Below are positions 19,042 to 28,493 of a DNA stretch of 64,000 bases, piece by piece. Under the pieces are notes generated by a model. It was not told the DNA's origin, searched no databases, and was given only the letters and a program-made list of their open reading frames with translations. Numbering within the stretch: the stretch's first letter is position 1; each line of letters opens with the position of its first letter. Location: NCBI GenBank assembly GCA_036510655.1, contig DATCDQ010000008.1:5101-69100 (forward strand), given 5' to 3'. This DNA comes from Microbacteriaceae bacterium. GTDB lineage: Bacteria > Actinomycetota > Actinomycetes > Actinomycetales > Microbacteriaceae. The position numbers were made by a program, and so were the translations under genes.

Positions 19042-19973
19042 GATGGGCTCCATCTCTTGGTCACGAAGTGGTAGACGACCGACAGCAGGCACAAGAAAAT
19101 CGCGAGCAGCACACTCAGCGCCGTCGCCGCGCCGTAGTCGCCGTTGATGAAGGCGTAGTTGTAGATCTTGAGCATGATCGTCTGGGTGGCGTTGTTCGGC
19201 CCGCCGCCGGTGAACAGGAACGGCTCGGTGAACAGCTGGAACGTGCCGATCAGTTGCAGCAACATCATGATGAAGATGATGTTGCGCAGCTGCGGGATGG
19301 TGATGTGCCACAACCGCGACCAGATGCCCGCGCCGTCGATCTCGGCGGCTTCGTACAGTTCGGAACTGATCCCCCCTATCGCGGCGAGGTAGATGATCGC
19401 GGTTGCGCCCGCACCCGCCCAAGTCGTATAGAGCACAAGGGAGGGCATCGCCATGGCCTCCGAGTTCAGCCACGGCAGCGGGCCCACTCCGAACCAGCCG
19501 AGCATCGTGTTGAAGATGCCCTCGCCCGACGGGTCGTAGAAGAACTTCCAGAGCAGAATGCCTGCTACGGGCGGTACGACCGCAGGCAGGTACGCGAGCA
19601 GGTTGTACATCCAGTCGTATTTGCGAAGCTCATTGATGAACACGGCGATAAGGATCGGCACGGGGAATCCGAACACCAGCCCCAGCAAGGCGTAGTACCC
19701 GGTGTTGAGCGCGGCCTGCGGCAATCCCGGATCGGTGAGCACGAACTCGAAGTTCTTCAGGCCCACCCAGCTCGCCGCCGAAACCAGATTGGTGCGCTGC
19801 ACGCTGAGCACGACGCCTTGGACGATCGGCCCCCACGTGAAGTACAGGAAGATCAGCACGATTGGCACCGCGAACAAGACGGCGGTGAATCCGCCCGACT
19901 GGTACCAGCGCACGACGTTGAACGGTTTGCGGCGCGAGGTCGGCCGCAGTTCTATGGCAAGTGTCTTGGACAT
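19038..19973 (-). CDS. Carbohydrate ABC transporter permease (MalF-like)
   Basis: ELYEAAEIDGAGIWSRLWHITIPQL EAA loop and 6 predicted TM helices. Confidence 0.85.
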   Translation of the reverse strand: MSKTLAIELRPTSRRKPFNVVRWYQSGGFTAVLFAVPIVLIFLYFTWGPIVQGVVLSVQRTNLVSAASWVGLKNFEFVLTDPGLPQAALNTGYYALLGLVFGFPVPILIAVFINELRKYDWMYNLLAYLPAVVPPVAGILLWKFFYDPSGEGIFNTMLGWFGVGPLPWLNSEAMAMPSLVLYTTWAGAGATAIIYLAAIGGISSELYEAAEIDGAGIWSRLWHITIPQLRNIIFIMMLLQLIGTFQLFTEPFLFTGGGPNNATQTIMLKIYNYAFINGDYGAATALSVLLAIFLCLLSVVYHFVTKRWSPS

Positions 19974-20039
19974 GTTTCGTATCCGATCGGTTGGGCCTGC
20001 CCCGAAGAGGGCAGGCCCGGCCGTTGGCGGTTTCGGGTG

Positions 20040-21425
20040 TCAGCCCGCGGCCTGCGACAGGTTGCGGTCTATGGTTTGCGCGGCCGTACTGATCAGCTGC
20101 TTGATGTTCGCGTTCTGATCAGTCAGCACCTTCTGCACAACGGGATCCAACGCTGCATAGGTGTTCTGCGCATCCGCGGGCTCCGGGATCAGCGGCAGCG
20201 TCGACGACGTGTAGCCCTTGAACTGGTCGAGCGGCACGTTGATGTAGTCCTTGATCCAACCGAGGTAGCGACTATTGATGCTGTCCGCCACCGGAGGCAG
20301 GCCCGGAGTTCCGACCGCTTTGTTCGAAGCGGAGTCCGCCTTGGCGCCCGCCACTGCGGTGGTCTTGTCGAAGTATTTCTCGAACTCCTTGAACTTAACC
20401 CACTTTGCTGCCGCCAGAAGCTGGTTCGGGGTCGCCTTCGCATTGAACATCGCGATCGTGCCACCCGTGAGCGTACCGTTCGTGCCGTTCGCCTGCGGCA
20501 GCGCACTCTGACCGAAATCAGCAGGCTTCATGCCATAGGTCGGAATCGCCTGAGTGTAGATGTCCGGCGCCTGCAGCACCATGCCGATCTTGCCGGCCGA
20601 GAAGGACTTGCGGATATCATCTTGGTTGTATAGGAACTGGCTACCCATCGAGTTGTCCACCCAGCGCATGTTGTGCAGCAATTGCAGCGCCTGCTCGGTA
20701 GCCGGCCCCATGTCGGTCTTGGTCCCCGCCTTGTTCGTGACAGTGCCACCCATGCTGTAGGTCATGGTGGTGAGCATCCAGCCACCGGTGTTGTTCGTGG
20801 TCAGCTGTGCATAGCCGGCGACCCCGGGCACGTTGTCGTGGATCTGCTTGGCGTCAGCGCGCACCTCGTCCCAGGTGGTCGGCGGCTTGTTCGGGTCGAG
20901 TCCGGCCTTGGTGAAGATCGCACGGTTGTATGAGATTCCGACCGAGAACAGACCGTACGGCACGGTATAGACATCGCCCTTGCTGTCTTTGACGTTGTTC
21001 AAGGCGAGCGGGTTCAGTTCGCCGAGCAGGCCGGCCTGTTTGAGATACGGCGTCATGTTCGGCAGCTGGTGATTGGCGATGAGTTGTTTGCTGTAGGTCA
21101 GCGAGACGTTCATTGTGGTCGGCAACGTGCCACCGGCCAGCTTCGCCTGGAACGTCTGAGCCTGCCAGTATTCGGTCGACGGCTTGACGGTGATGTTGGG
21201 ATTGGCTTTCTCGAACTGTTGGACCATCGTGAGAAAGTTGGCCCGGTCCGCAGCCTTGTCGGCGGTCGGCTCATCGCCGACTGTGATGGTGACTTTCGCG
21301 TTCGGATCCGCCTTCGATGCGTCTGTGCTCGCTGAGCCTGTTCCGCCGGCGGAGCACGCCGTCAACGCGGTAAGGATCCCGATCGTTCCGACTGCGAGCG
21401 TGAGCCGCAGGTTCTGTTTCTTCAT
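20040..21425 (-). CDS. Carbohydrate ABC transporter substrate-binding lipoprotein
   Basis: Signal peptide with lipobox LTACSAGG. 461 aa, family-1 solute-binding-protein composition. Confidence 0.85.
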   Translation of the reverse strand: MKKQNLRLTLAVGTIGILTALTACSAGGTGSASTDASKADPNAKVTITVGDEPTADKAADRANFLTMVQQFEKANPNITVKPSTEYWQAQTFQAKLAGGTLPTTMNVSLTYSKQLIANHQLPNMTPYLKQAGLLGELNPLALNNVKDSKGDVYTVPYGLFSVGISYNRAIFTKAGLDPNKPPTTWDEVRADAKQIHDNVPGVAGYAQLTTNNTGGWMLTTMTYSMGGTVTNKAGTKTDMGPATEQALQLLHNMRWVDNSMGSQFLYNQDDIRKSFSAGKIGMVLQAPDIYTQAIPTYGMKPADFGQSALPQANGTNGTLTGGTIAMFNAKATPNQLLAAAKWVKFKEFEKYFDKTTAVAGAKADSASNKAVGTPGLPPVADSINSRYLGWIKDYINVPLDQFKGYTSSTLPLIPEPADAQNTYAALDPVVQKVLTDQNANIKQLISTAAQTIDRNLSQAAG

Positions 21426-21740
21426 TGAAACTCCCGTGAGTTTGTGTGAGTTGTGGATGGTGTGGTGCCAAGGGCCGAACCCTTGTGGAACTATAAAACC
21501 ATAAGTGTTACTAAGTCAACAGAACTCCGCAAATTGTCCTTCACGGTTTTCCAACCGCTTCAGACCGCTCAGAGGCGCCCGAATACGCAGGCAAACCCGA
21601 GAATTCCGCAACTTTCATAAATTCGGCGCAAAGCATTGACTTAATAACATTGTTGGTTTTATATGGGTTCGACCCCGGCGCAGCGGATGCGACCGGGATG
21701 TCGTCAATCAGCCACAGTCAGCATCACAAGGAGAAATCGA

Positions 21741-23612
21741 ATGGCAAAGGAGCAAGACTTCTTCCGGCGGCCTGTCACGCGGCGCGCCGTTCTCGGCGGG
21801 ATCGCAGGAGCCACCGCGCTCACCGGCCTGGCATCGTTTGGGCCGTCAGTGACCCCGGCCAACGCGAGCACAGCCAATGACGGCAGGACCTACGCGAACG
21901 CCGGCGCCACCACACCGTTCATGACGATCGGAGCCGAATCAGGCACGCTCGGCGGGGGTGCACGCATCCGCTCGTTCAGCCCAGGGATGCTTGTTCCGGC
22001 CGTTGCGACGCTCGAGTTGGAAGCATCGGGCTATGCCCTGGTCGAACTGAAGAGCATCGGCGATTCGGTGACCATCGCCAACGACACAAAAGTGACCGCG
22101 AATACGATCGTGGTTCGTGCGTCAATACCGGATGCGCCGACGGGCGGAGGCATCACCGCAACCCTGAACCTGTACGTCGACGGAGTGTTCCGGCAAGCGC
22201 TCACTCTGAGTTCCGCGCAAGCGTGGATCTACCGCAATTCGTCGACCACGCCCGATAACCCGAACGGCGGCGGAACGCCCTATCGCTTCTACAACGAGTT
22301 CCCCTTCTGGCTCACGGGAGCTCCGATCGCGCCCGGCAGCACGATCACCCTTCGCAAAGATGCCGACAACACAGCAACGGTCTACGACATCGATTGCATC
22401 GACCTCGAGAACGTCTCGGGCCCGCTGGAACGGCCCGCAGGCGCGCTGTCCGTCATTGATTTCGGGGCCGACCCGACGTTCCAGAAGGACTCGACCGTCG
22501 CCATCCAAAACGCCGTGAACGAAGCCCGGGCGCAGGGCCGCACCGTGTGGATTCCGCAGGGCAAATACCTGACGAACAGCTTGGCGCCGACACCGCTGGA
22601 CTTCACCGGCGTGACGGTGAACGGGTCAGGAATGTGGCATTCGATCATCTACCGCAACGTCCCGTCCACGCCGGTGGTGCGCTGGCGGTCCGAGATCCTC
22701 ATCGGATCGGGCACCACGTTGACCGACATCCAGATCGATTCCAATGCGCCCACGAGAAACCTCGGGGTCACCGGGGGTTCAGACTACGGCGTCAACGCCA
22801 GTGGCGCCGACGGGTGGCTGATCGACCGCATGTGGACGCGGCACTGCGACGCCAATTGGTTGTCCGGCAGCAACGCGACAATTCAGAACTGCCGAACTGG
22901 CGACGGGTATGGCGACGGATTCAACGTCAACAACAGCAACACCCCGAATCCCGACAAATTGGCGCACAACATGACGGTTCGAAACAATTTCGCCCGGGGA
23001 ACCGGCGACGACTCATTCGCCGTGTATTCCGATTCCGGTGCGAGTGGAACCAACGGCCAGGTGCGTCGAGTGCGCATCGTCAACAACACGGCGGTCGCGC
23101 CGTGGTGGGCGAACGGCATCCGCGTCGCCGGCGGCCAGGACATCGAGATATTCGACAATGTGGTTGACACCGTCTCCGCCAACAGCGCCATGGACATCGG
23201 CGTGTACGGTGACAGCGGGCATCCGTTGGAGTCCTGCCTGGTCAACGGGAACGTTCTGCTCGGCGGTGGCGGCTGGAACACTGTCCGTCATGGCGTGCGG
23301 ATCAGTTCGCCTGCGAGTACCTCCAGGTTTCCGACCGCGCACACGAATGTGTCGATGACGAACAATCTGATGCGCGGATCCCTTCGTTCTGGCCTGTTCA
23401 TCGACCACACCTACGACGACGTGACGCTCACGAACAACACGATCGACGCGCCAGCGAATCAGGGCGTCTACATCAACTCTGGCGTCATCGGCAATGGATT
23501 GTTCATCCACACCACTGTTCAGAATCTGCGCAGCGGTCAGGCCGCGTACCAGAACGACTCGCCTGCGACATTTGCAGCGACGTTGACGAACAATTCCTGG
23601 CAGGCGCACTAG
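21741..23612 (+). CDS. Tat-secreted right-handed beta-helix glycoside hydrolase, possibly GH87-type alpha-1,3-glucanase/mycodextranase-like
   Basis: Twin-arginine signal FFRRPVTRRAVLGGIAGATALTGLA. N-terminal beta-sandwich-like region followed by repetitive beta-helix segments (NNTAVAPWWANGIRVAGGQDIEIFDNVV...). The GH family assignment is tentative. AAGGAG RBS lies before ATG 21741. Confidence 0.55.
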   Translation: MAKEQDFFRRPVTRRAVLGGIAGATALTGLASFGPSVTPANASTANDGRTYANAGATTPFMTIGAESGTLGGGARIRSFSPGMLVPAVATLELEASGYALVELKSIGDSVTIANDTKVTANTIVVRASIPDAPTGGGITATLNLYVDGVFRQALTLSSAQAWIYRNSSTTPDNPNGGGTPYRFYNEFPFWLTGAPIAPGSTITLRKDADNTATVYDIDCIDLENVSGPLERPAGALSVIDFGADPTFQKDSTVAIQNAVNEARAQGRTVWIPQGKYLTNSLAPTPLDFTGVTVNGSGMWHSIIYRNVPSTPVVRWRSEILIGSGTTLTDIQIDSNAPTRNLGVTGGSDYGVNASGADGWLIDRMWTRHCDANWLSGSNATIQNCRTGDGYGDGFNVNNSNTPNPDKLAHNMTVRNNFARGTGDDSFAVYSDSGASGTNGQVRRVRIVNNTAVAPWWANGIRVAGGQDIEIFDNVVDTVSANSAMDIGVYGDSGHPLESCLVNGNVLLGGGGWNTVRHGVRISSPASTSRFPTAHTNVSMTNNLMRGSLRSGLFIDHTYDDVTLTNNTIDAPANQGVYINSGVIGNGLFIHTTVQNLRSGQAAYQNDSPATFAATLTNNSWQAH

Positions 23613-23624
23613 CACCCTCGACCT

Positions 23625-23659
23625 GCGTGCGGCCCTAGCCTGGCAGTGGGGCCGCACGC
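23625..23659 (+). terminator. Stem-loop after the hydrolase gene (GCGTGCGGCC...GGCCGCACGC)
   Basis: 10-bp GC stem 13 nt after the stop. No T-tract, which fits the actinobacterial I-shaped type. Confidence 0.35.
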
Positions 23660-23724
23660 GGGGCAGCAGCGGCAGGGCCGCAATCTGAGCGCCGCAGCAG
23701 AAGAAGAACAAAGGAGAGAGATAG

Positions 23725-24582
23725 ATGACGAGGATCGGCGTGCAGGGAACCTTGCTCGTGGACGAGATCGCACGGTCGGGGATCTTCGAGACTCTCCGCT
23801 CGGTGAGCAAGATCGGCTATCACGCGCTCGAAGTCGCCGGTATGGCGATGACGCCCGAGAACGTCGCGGAGCTGGAGAGGGCGCGCACAGAACTCGGCAT
23901 GGACATCGCCTCGATCTCGGGGTCGCTTGCACCCGCAGGAAGCGGCGGCGAATCACTGACGACCCAGTTCGACAAGTACGTCGATGACGCTCAGCGACTC
24001 GGTGCGACCATGATCAGGGTCGGCATGCTTCCGGCTGAGGCCATGGCGTCGACGGCAATGCTGCTCGAGTTCTGCGATCGCAGCAACGACGTGGCCGCGC
24101 GGCTTCGAGAGCACGGCATCAGGCTGTACTACCACAACCACCACATCGACTTCACGAAGTACGACGGGCGGTACTTACTGGACGTTATCGCGGAACGCGC
24201 TCCGCTGGTCGGCTTCGAAGTCGACGTGCACTGGGTGCAGCGCGGTGGCCTCGACCCGGTCGCCACGCTGAAGAAGTATGGAGAGCGCGTCGCCATGGTT
24301 CACCTGAAGGACTACCGGATCGGGCGCATCTCCGCCAGTGCGTTCGACGAGCTCGACGCGGGTGACCGAACCGCCTTCAATGCTGAACTGGCCACGGTGG
24401 TGCAGTTTGCCGAAGTCGGCGAAGGCAACCTCGACTTCGCTTCGATCATTCCGGTGAGTCAGCAGATCGGCGCGCAGTATTTGCTCGTCGAGCAAGACGA
24501 ACACTACGGTCGCACACCGCTCGAGTGTCTGCAGACCTCTTACGACAACATTGTCGCGCTGGGCTACGGACACCTGTTCTAG
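23725..24582 (+). CDS. Sugar phosphate isomerase/epimerase (xylose isomerase-like TIM barrel)
   Basis: 285 aa. VHLKDY and EVGEGNLDF motifs are typical of AP-endonuclease-2/xylose-isomerase-like barrels. Confidence 0.75.
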   Translation: MTRIGVQGTLLVDEIARSGIFETLRSVSKIGYHALEVAGMAMTPENVAELERARTELGMDIASISGSLAPAGSGGESLTTQFDKYVDDAQRLGATMIRVGMLPAEAMASTAMLLEFCDRSNDVAARLREHGIRLYYHNHHIDFTKYDGRYLLDVIAERAPLVGFEVDVHWVQRGGLDPVATLKKYGERVAMVHLKDYRIGRISASAFDELDAGDRTAFNAELATVVQFAEVGEGNLDFASIIPVSQQIGAQYLLVEQDEHYGRTPLECLQTSYDNIVALGYGHLF

Positions 24583-24638
24583 CCCTGCCGCGGCCTTCAC
24601 AGCACAACCTTGACAGCAAAACGAATGGAGCAATTTTC

Positions 24639-25808
24639 GTGGCGGACAACGTACGTTTGGGCATCATTGGGCTCGGAATACAAGGGTCGATCTATGCGAG
24701 ATACCTCGCCGATGCGTTGATACCAGAACTGACCCTCGGCGCCATCGCCGACACCGATCCGGCGAAAGCCGCCATCGCGGCCGCGGACTACCCGGGTGTG
24801 CCCTTCTTCGATGACTACGTCTCCCTGCTCGATTCCGGCACGGTCGACGCGGTCGTCACGACCGTTCCGCACTATTTGCACCCCCAGATCGGCATCGATG
24901 CGCTGGAACGGAGCATCCATGTGCTGATCGAGAAACCGGCCGGCGTCTACACGAAACAGGTTGCGGAACTGAACGCCTTCGCGGCGACCAAACCCGATCT
25001 GACGTTCGCCATTATGTTCAACCAGCGAAACAACCCGCTCTATCGCAGGCTCAAGGAGATTGTCGCGAACGGTGAAATCGGGGCCATCCGGCGCACCAAC
25101 TGGATCATCACCACCTGGTGGCGCACGCAGGGCTATTACGATCAGAGCGCGTGGCGCGCCACCTGGGGCGGAGAAGGCGGCGGGGTGCTGGTCAACCAGG
25201 CGCCGCATCAACTCGATCTGTGGCAGTGGATCTGCGGCGTTCCGAAGTCCGTGTACTCCAAGGTCGCGTACGGGTTCCGCCGCGACATCGCCGTCGAAGA
25301 CGAGGTGACGGCCCTCGTCGACTACGGCAACGGAGCAACCGGCGTATTCGTTACTGCCACACACGACATGATCGGCACCGACCGGCTGGAGATCCTCGGC
25401 GACCAGGGCAAGATCGTCGTCGAAGACAGCAAAACGGCGACGGTCACGCGATTCGCAAAACCCGAACGAGAACTCAGCGGCGTCCACCACGACGAGTACT
25501 TTTCCGAAGGTCGCACCGCCGCGGACTATTCCACGGAAGAGACGATCGAGTTCGAATCAGCGTGGGGCGACCAGCACGCGGGCGTATTGCAGAACTTCGC
25601 TGCGCACATCCTGCATGGAACGCCGTTGTTCGCGCCCGGGTCCGACGGCATCATGGGTGTTCGGCTCGCCAACGCGATCCACCTCTCCAGCTGGCTCGGC
25701 AAGGAGGTTCCGCTGGATTTCGACGACGACGAGTTTCTCGCACTATTGAACGAGCGCATCCGCGATGAGGGAAAATATCCCGAATCACTGCTCCCGGTGG
25801 TCGAGTAG
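24639..25808 (+). CDS. Gfo/Idh/MocA family oxidoreductase
   Basis: VRLGIIGLGIQGSIY Rossmann start and EKPAG motif. The GTG at 24639 has GGAG 8 nt upstream. The last two codons and the stop lie inside a REP element. Confidence 0.85.
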   Translation: MADNVRLGIIGLGIQGSIYARYLADALIPELTLGAIADTDPAKAAIAAADYPGVPFFDDYVSLLDSGTVDAVVTTVPHYLHPQIGIDALERSIHVLIEKPAGVYTKQVAELNAFAATKPDLTFAIMFNQRNNPLYRRLKEIVANGEIGAIRRTNWIITTWWRTQGYYDQSAWRATWGGEGGGVLVNQAPHQLDLWQWICGVPKSVYSKVAYGFRRDIAVEDEVTALVDYGNGATGVFVTATHDMIGTDRLEILGDQGKIVVEDSKTATVTRFAKPERELSGVHHDEYFSEGRTAADYSTEETIEFESAWGDQHAGVLQNFAAHILHGTPLFAPGSDGIMGVRLANAIHLSSWLGKEVPLDFDDDEFLALLNERIRDEGKYPESLLPVVE

Positions 25809-25900
25809 CGCATGAGCGCAGCGAATACGCGTATCGAGACCCACACAGGCGTCGATGGGTCTCGATACGCCCGCTCGCTGCGCTCGCAGGCTACTCGACC
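25799..25900. repeat. Inverted pair of family-A REP-like elements (25799-25842 and 25858-25900)
   Basis: GGTCGAGTAGCGCATGAGCGCAGCGAATACGCGTATCGAGACCC and its near reverse complement. Both convergent genes stop inside the outer arms. Confidence 0.9.
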
Positions 25901-27288
25901 AACGACTCCTGGTAGCGAAAGCTCGCGCCCTTGTGCTCGGCGGGCAGCCGGTCGCCACGTCCGTGCAGCTTCTGCCGGAGCGTACCCGGCGTGTACTCCG
26001 TCTGGTACGCACCGCGCTTCTGCAGTTCGGGGACGACGAATTCCACAACGTCCTCGAACGTCCCGGGTGTGATGGCGTATGCAAGGTTAAAGCCGTCGAC
26101 ATCCGTCTCGGCCACCCACTCCTGAAGCTGGTCCGCGATCTCCGCGCCCGACCCGACGATGAACGGCCCAAGCCCGCCGATCGCACCTTGCGTGCCGATG
26201 TCGCCGACGGTCCACTCGCCGCCGTCTTCGTTGGCTCGCTGATAGTTGGCGACGACCGACTGGATGGCGTTGCTCTTCACGTTGCCGATCGGCTCGTCCA
26301 GACCATACCCGGAGAGGTCGACGCCCATCCAGCCAGACATGAACGTGAGCGCACCCTCCGCGGACGCGTACGACAGATAGTCCTCGTATTTGGCCTGGGC
26401 CTTCTCGGGCGTGGCATCCGTGATGATCGTGAGCAACGTGTATATCCGCGCCGAGTAACGTCCGCGGCCGGCTGCCTCCAACGCATCCCGGATCTTCGTC
26501 ACCGTTGCCTTCAGGCCTTCTTTGGTCGAGGCCGCCACGAAGATCGCCTCCGCGTTGCCGGCCGCGAACGCGATGCCGCGGGAGGATGCGCCGGCCTGGT
26601 AGATCACCGGCGAACGCTGCGGGCTCGGCTCCGAGATGTGGATGCCGGGCACCGTGAAGTTCTTGCCGTAGTGCCCGATTTCGTGCACCTTGCTCGGGTC
26701 GGTGAACACGCCGCTCTCACGATCGCGCACGACTGCGTCGTCTTCCCACGAGCCTTCCCACAGCTTGTAGAGCACCTCGAGGTATTCGTCCGCGTAGTCG
26801 TAGCGGTCGTCGTGCTCCAGCTGGTCGTCGTGACCCATGTTGCGCGCGGCCGACGGCAGGTAGCCGGTGACGACGTTCCACCCGATCCGCCCCTTGGTCA
26901 AGTGGTCGAGCGTGGACATCCGTCGGGCGAACGGATACGGATGCTCGTACGCCGTCCCAGCCGTCACCCCGAACCCGAGATTCTTGGTGACCAGCGCCAT
27001 CGCCGAGATGAGCATCAAGGGGTCGCCGACCGGCACCTGCGCGCCGTGCTTGATCGCAGCTTCGTTGTTGCCGCCGTACACGTCGTAGGTACCGAGCACA
27101 TCGGCGATGAAGATGCCGTCGAACTTGCCGCGCTCCAACAGCTTGGCCAATTCCGTCCAGTACTCCAGGTCGGTATAGCTGGCCGACCGGTCGTCCGGAT
27201 GCCGCCACAGCCCCGAGGACTGGTGCGCGACACAGTTCATGTCGAACGCGTTGAAACGGATCTGGCGGGGCGTGTCGGTCTCAGGCAT
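25891..27288 (-). CDS. LLM-class flavin-dependent monooxygenase (NtaA/SnaA/DszA family)
   Basis: 465 aa, RQIRFNAFDMNCVAHQSSGLWRHPDD...GIFIADVLG, the typical N-terminus of the NtaA/DszA family. Confidence 0.85.
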   Translation of the reverse strand: MPETDTPRQIRFNAFDMNCVAHQSSGLWRHPDDRSASYTDLEYWTELAKLLERGKFDGIFIADVLGTYDVYGGNNEAAIKHGAQVPVGDPLMLISAMALVTKNLGFGVTAGTAYEHPYPFARRMSTLDHLTKGRIGWNVVTGYLPSAARNMGHDDQLEHDDRYDYADEYLEVLYKLWEGSWEDDAVVRDRESGVFTDPSKVHEIGHYGKNFTVPGIHISEPSPQRSPVIYQAGASSRGIAFAAGNAEAIFVAASTKEGLKATVTKIRDALEAAGRGRYSARIYTLLTIITDATPEKAQAKYEDYLSYASAEGALTFMSGWMGVDLSGYGLDEPIGNVKSNAIQSVVANYQRANEDGGEWTVGDIGTQGAIGGLGPFIVGSGAEIADQLQEWVAETDVDGFNLAYAITPGTFEDVVEFVVPELQKRGAYQTEYTPGTLRQKLHGRGDRLPAEHKGASFRYQESLVE

Positions 27289-27358
27289 ACGACTATGGTG
27301 AAGCCGGCCGGCGGATGCTGCGACTCGCGCCGCAACACAGCGTCACACTCGCGAGGGC

Positions 27359-27412
27359 GTCCGTTTCGGACGAGCGCGTCAGGTAGAACCCGCACGCTCG
27401 TCCGAAACGGAC
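27359..27412. repeat. Family-B repeat as a perfect hairpin (18-bp stem, 18-nt loop)
   Basis: GTCCGTTTCGGACGAGCG ... CGCTCGTCCGAAACGGAC, the same core as the 611-735 cluster. Confidence 0.9.
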
Positions 27413-27455
27413 ACTGTCAGTAGGCAATCCAGGCGCGACCGAGAGTGGGCTTCGC

Positions 27456-28028
27456 TCAGCGGTTAGCGTCGTAGGCGGCTTGCAGCCACCCGATCGTCTC
27501 GCTGTCGAAGTCATCCACGGACGCCAGGCCGAATCGCAGTGCGATCGCTACGTTGCCGAGACTCTTGGTCGGCACGAGTCGGCCGCCCGCAGCCTCGCTG
27601 CCGAGCCGCAGCCCGACATCGACGCGAGTGCGGGTGGTCGCTTGAACCACGGCGAAAGTGCGCCTGGGTGTGACCAGTGCCACATAGGTTTTGCGTGCTT
27701 GCACGCTGACGTCGCCGAAGCCGCTCACCACACCGATGACCGCATCGAAGATCGCCCGCAGCGCGGGCCGATCGACGTACTGCGCGTCGAACAGTTCGTC
27801 GGCGCTCGCAACGAGAAAATCCGGGTAGCCGAACGTCTCCCAGACCAGCAGCATCTGCGGGTATCCGCCCACCTGCTGCTCGCCCAGCCACAGGCGTAGC
27901 GCGGCCTCATCGGCGGGTGCTTGGGTCGCGATCTTCGCGTTCCACGCGTCGATTCCGGCTCCGGTCTGGCGTTCGAGCTGCGCACGGATTTTCTCGCGCA
28001 TGGGCTCCCAGGTCTGTACCTCGGTCAT
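27456..28028 (-). CDS. Hypothetical protein (DUF4287/DUF5655-like)
   Basis: 190 aa. The pattern resembles the DUF4287 N-terminus and DUF5655 C-terminus (ARKTYVALVTPRRTFAVV). Assignment is from memory only. Confidence 0.45.
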   Translation of the reverse strand: MTEVQTWEPMREKIRAQLERQTGAGIDAWNAKIATQAPADEAALRLWLGEQQVGGYPQMLLVWETFGYPDFLVASADELFDAQYVDRPALRAIFDAVIGVVSGFGDVSVQARKTYVALVTPRRTFAVVQATTRTRVDVGLRLGSEAAGGRLVPTKSLGNVAIALRFGLASVDDFDSETIGWLQAAYDANR

Positions 28029-28055
28029 GCGTGCATCCTACGTGGCGCGCCGCGC

Positions 28056-28472
28056 CTACCGGCGGTCGAGCGGCCGCCAGACGACGATCTGGTTGCTGCG
28101 CCGCATTCTCGTGCCGGCCTTGAGCGAGATGACCTCGCCCTCCGAGTCGGAGGCGAAGACGCGACCACCGGGCCGATGCAGCAACTCGTCGGCGAGTGCC
28201 GCCTCGAGCTCACGCACGCGCGCAGCCAGCTGCGACACCTGATTCTCGAGCTTGATGATGCGATGGATGCCTTCCAAGCTCACCCCTTCGGCGCTGAGCC
28301 GGGAGATCTCCCGCAGTTGCACGACGTCCCGCATCGAATAACGCCGGGATTTGCCTGCGGTGCGCTGCGGCACGACCAGCCCGAGACGGTCGTACTGGCG
28401 AAGTGTCTGCGGATGCATAGCCGCGAGCTCCGCGGCGATCGCGATTGCGAACAGCGGGCTCGACTCATCCAT
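28056..28472 (-). CDS. hspR: Heat-shock repressor HspR (MerR family)
   Basis: FAIAIAAELAAMHPQTLRQYDRLGLVVPQRTAGKSRRYSMRDV. It is the last gene of the dnaK-grpE-dnaJ-hspR operon. Confidence 0.9.
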   Translation of the reverse strand: MDESSPLFAIAIAAELAAMHPQTLRQYDRLGLVVPQRTAGKSRRYSMRDVVQLREISRLSAEGVSLEGIHRIIKLENQVSQLAARVRELEAALADELLHRPGGRVFASDSEGEVISLKAGTRMRRSNQIVVWRPLDRR

Positions 28473-28493
28473 CGCTGACCCCTCGTTCCATGG

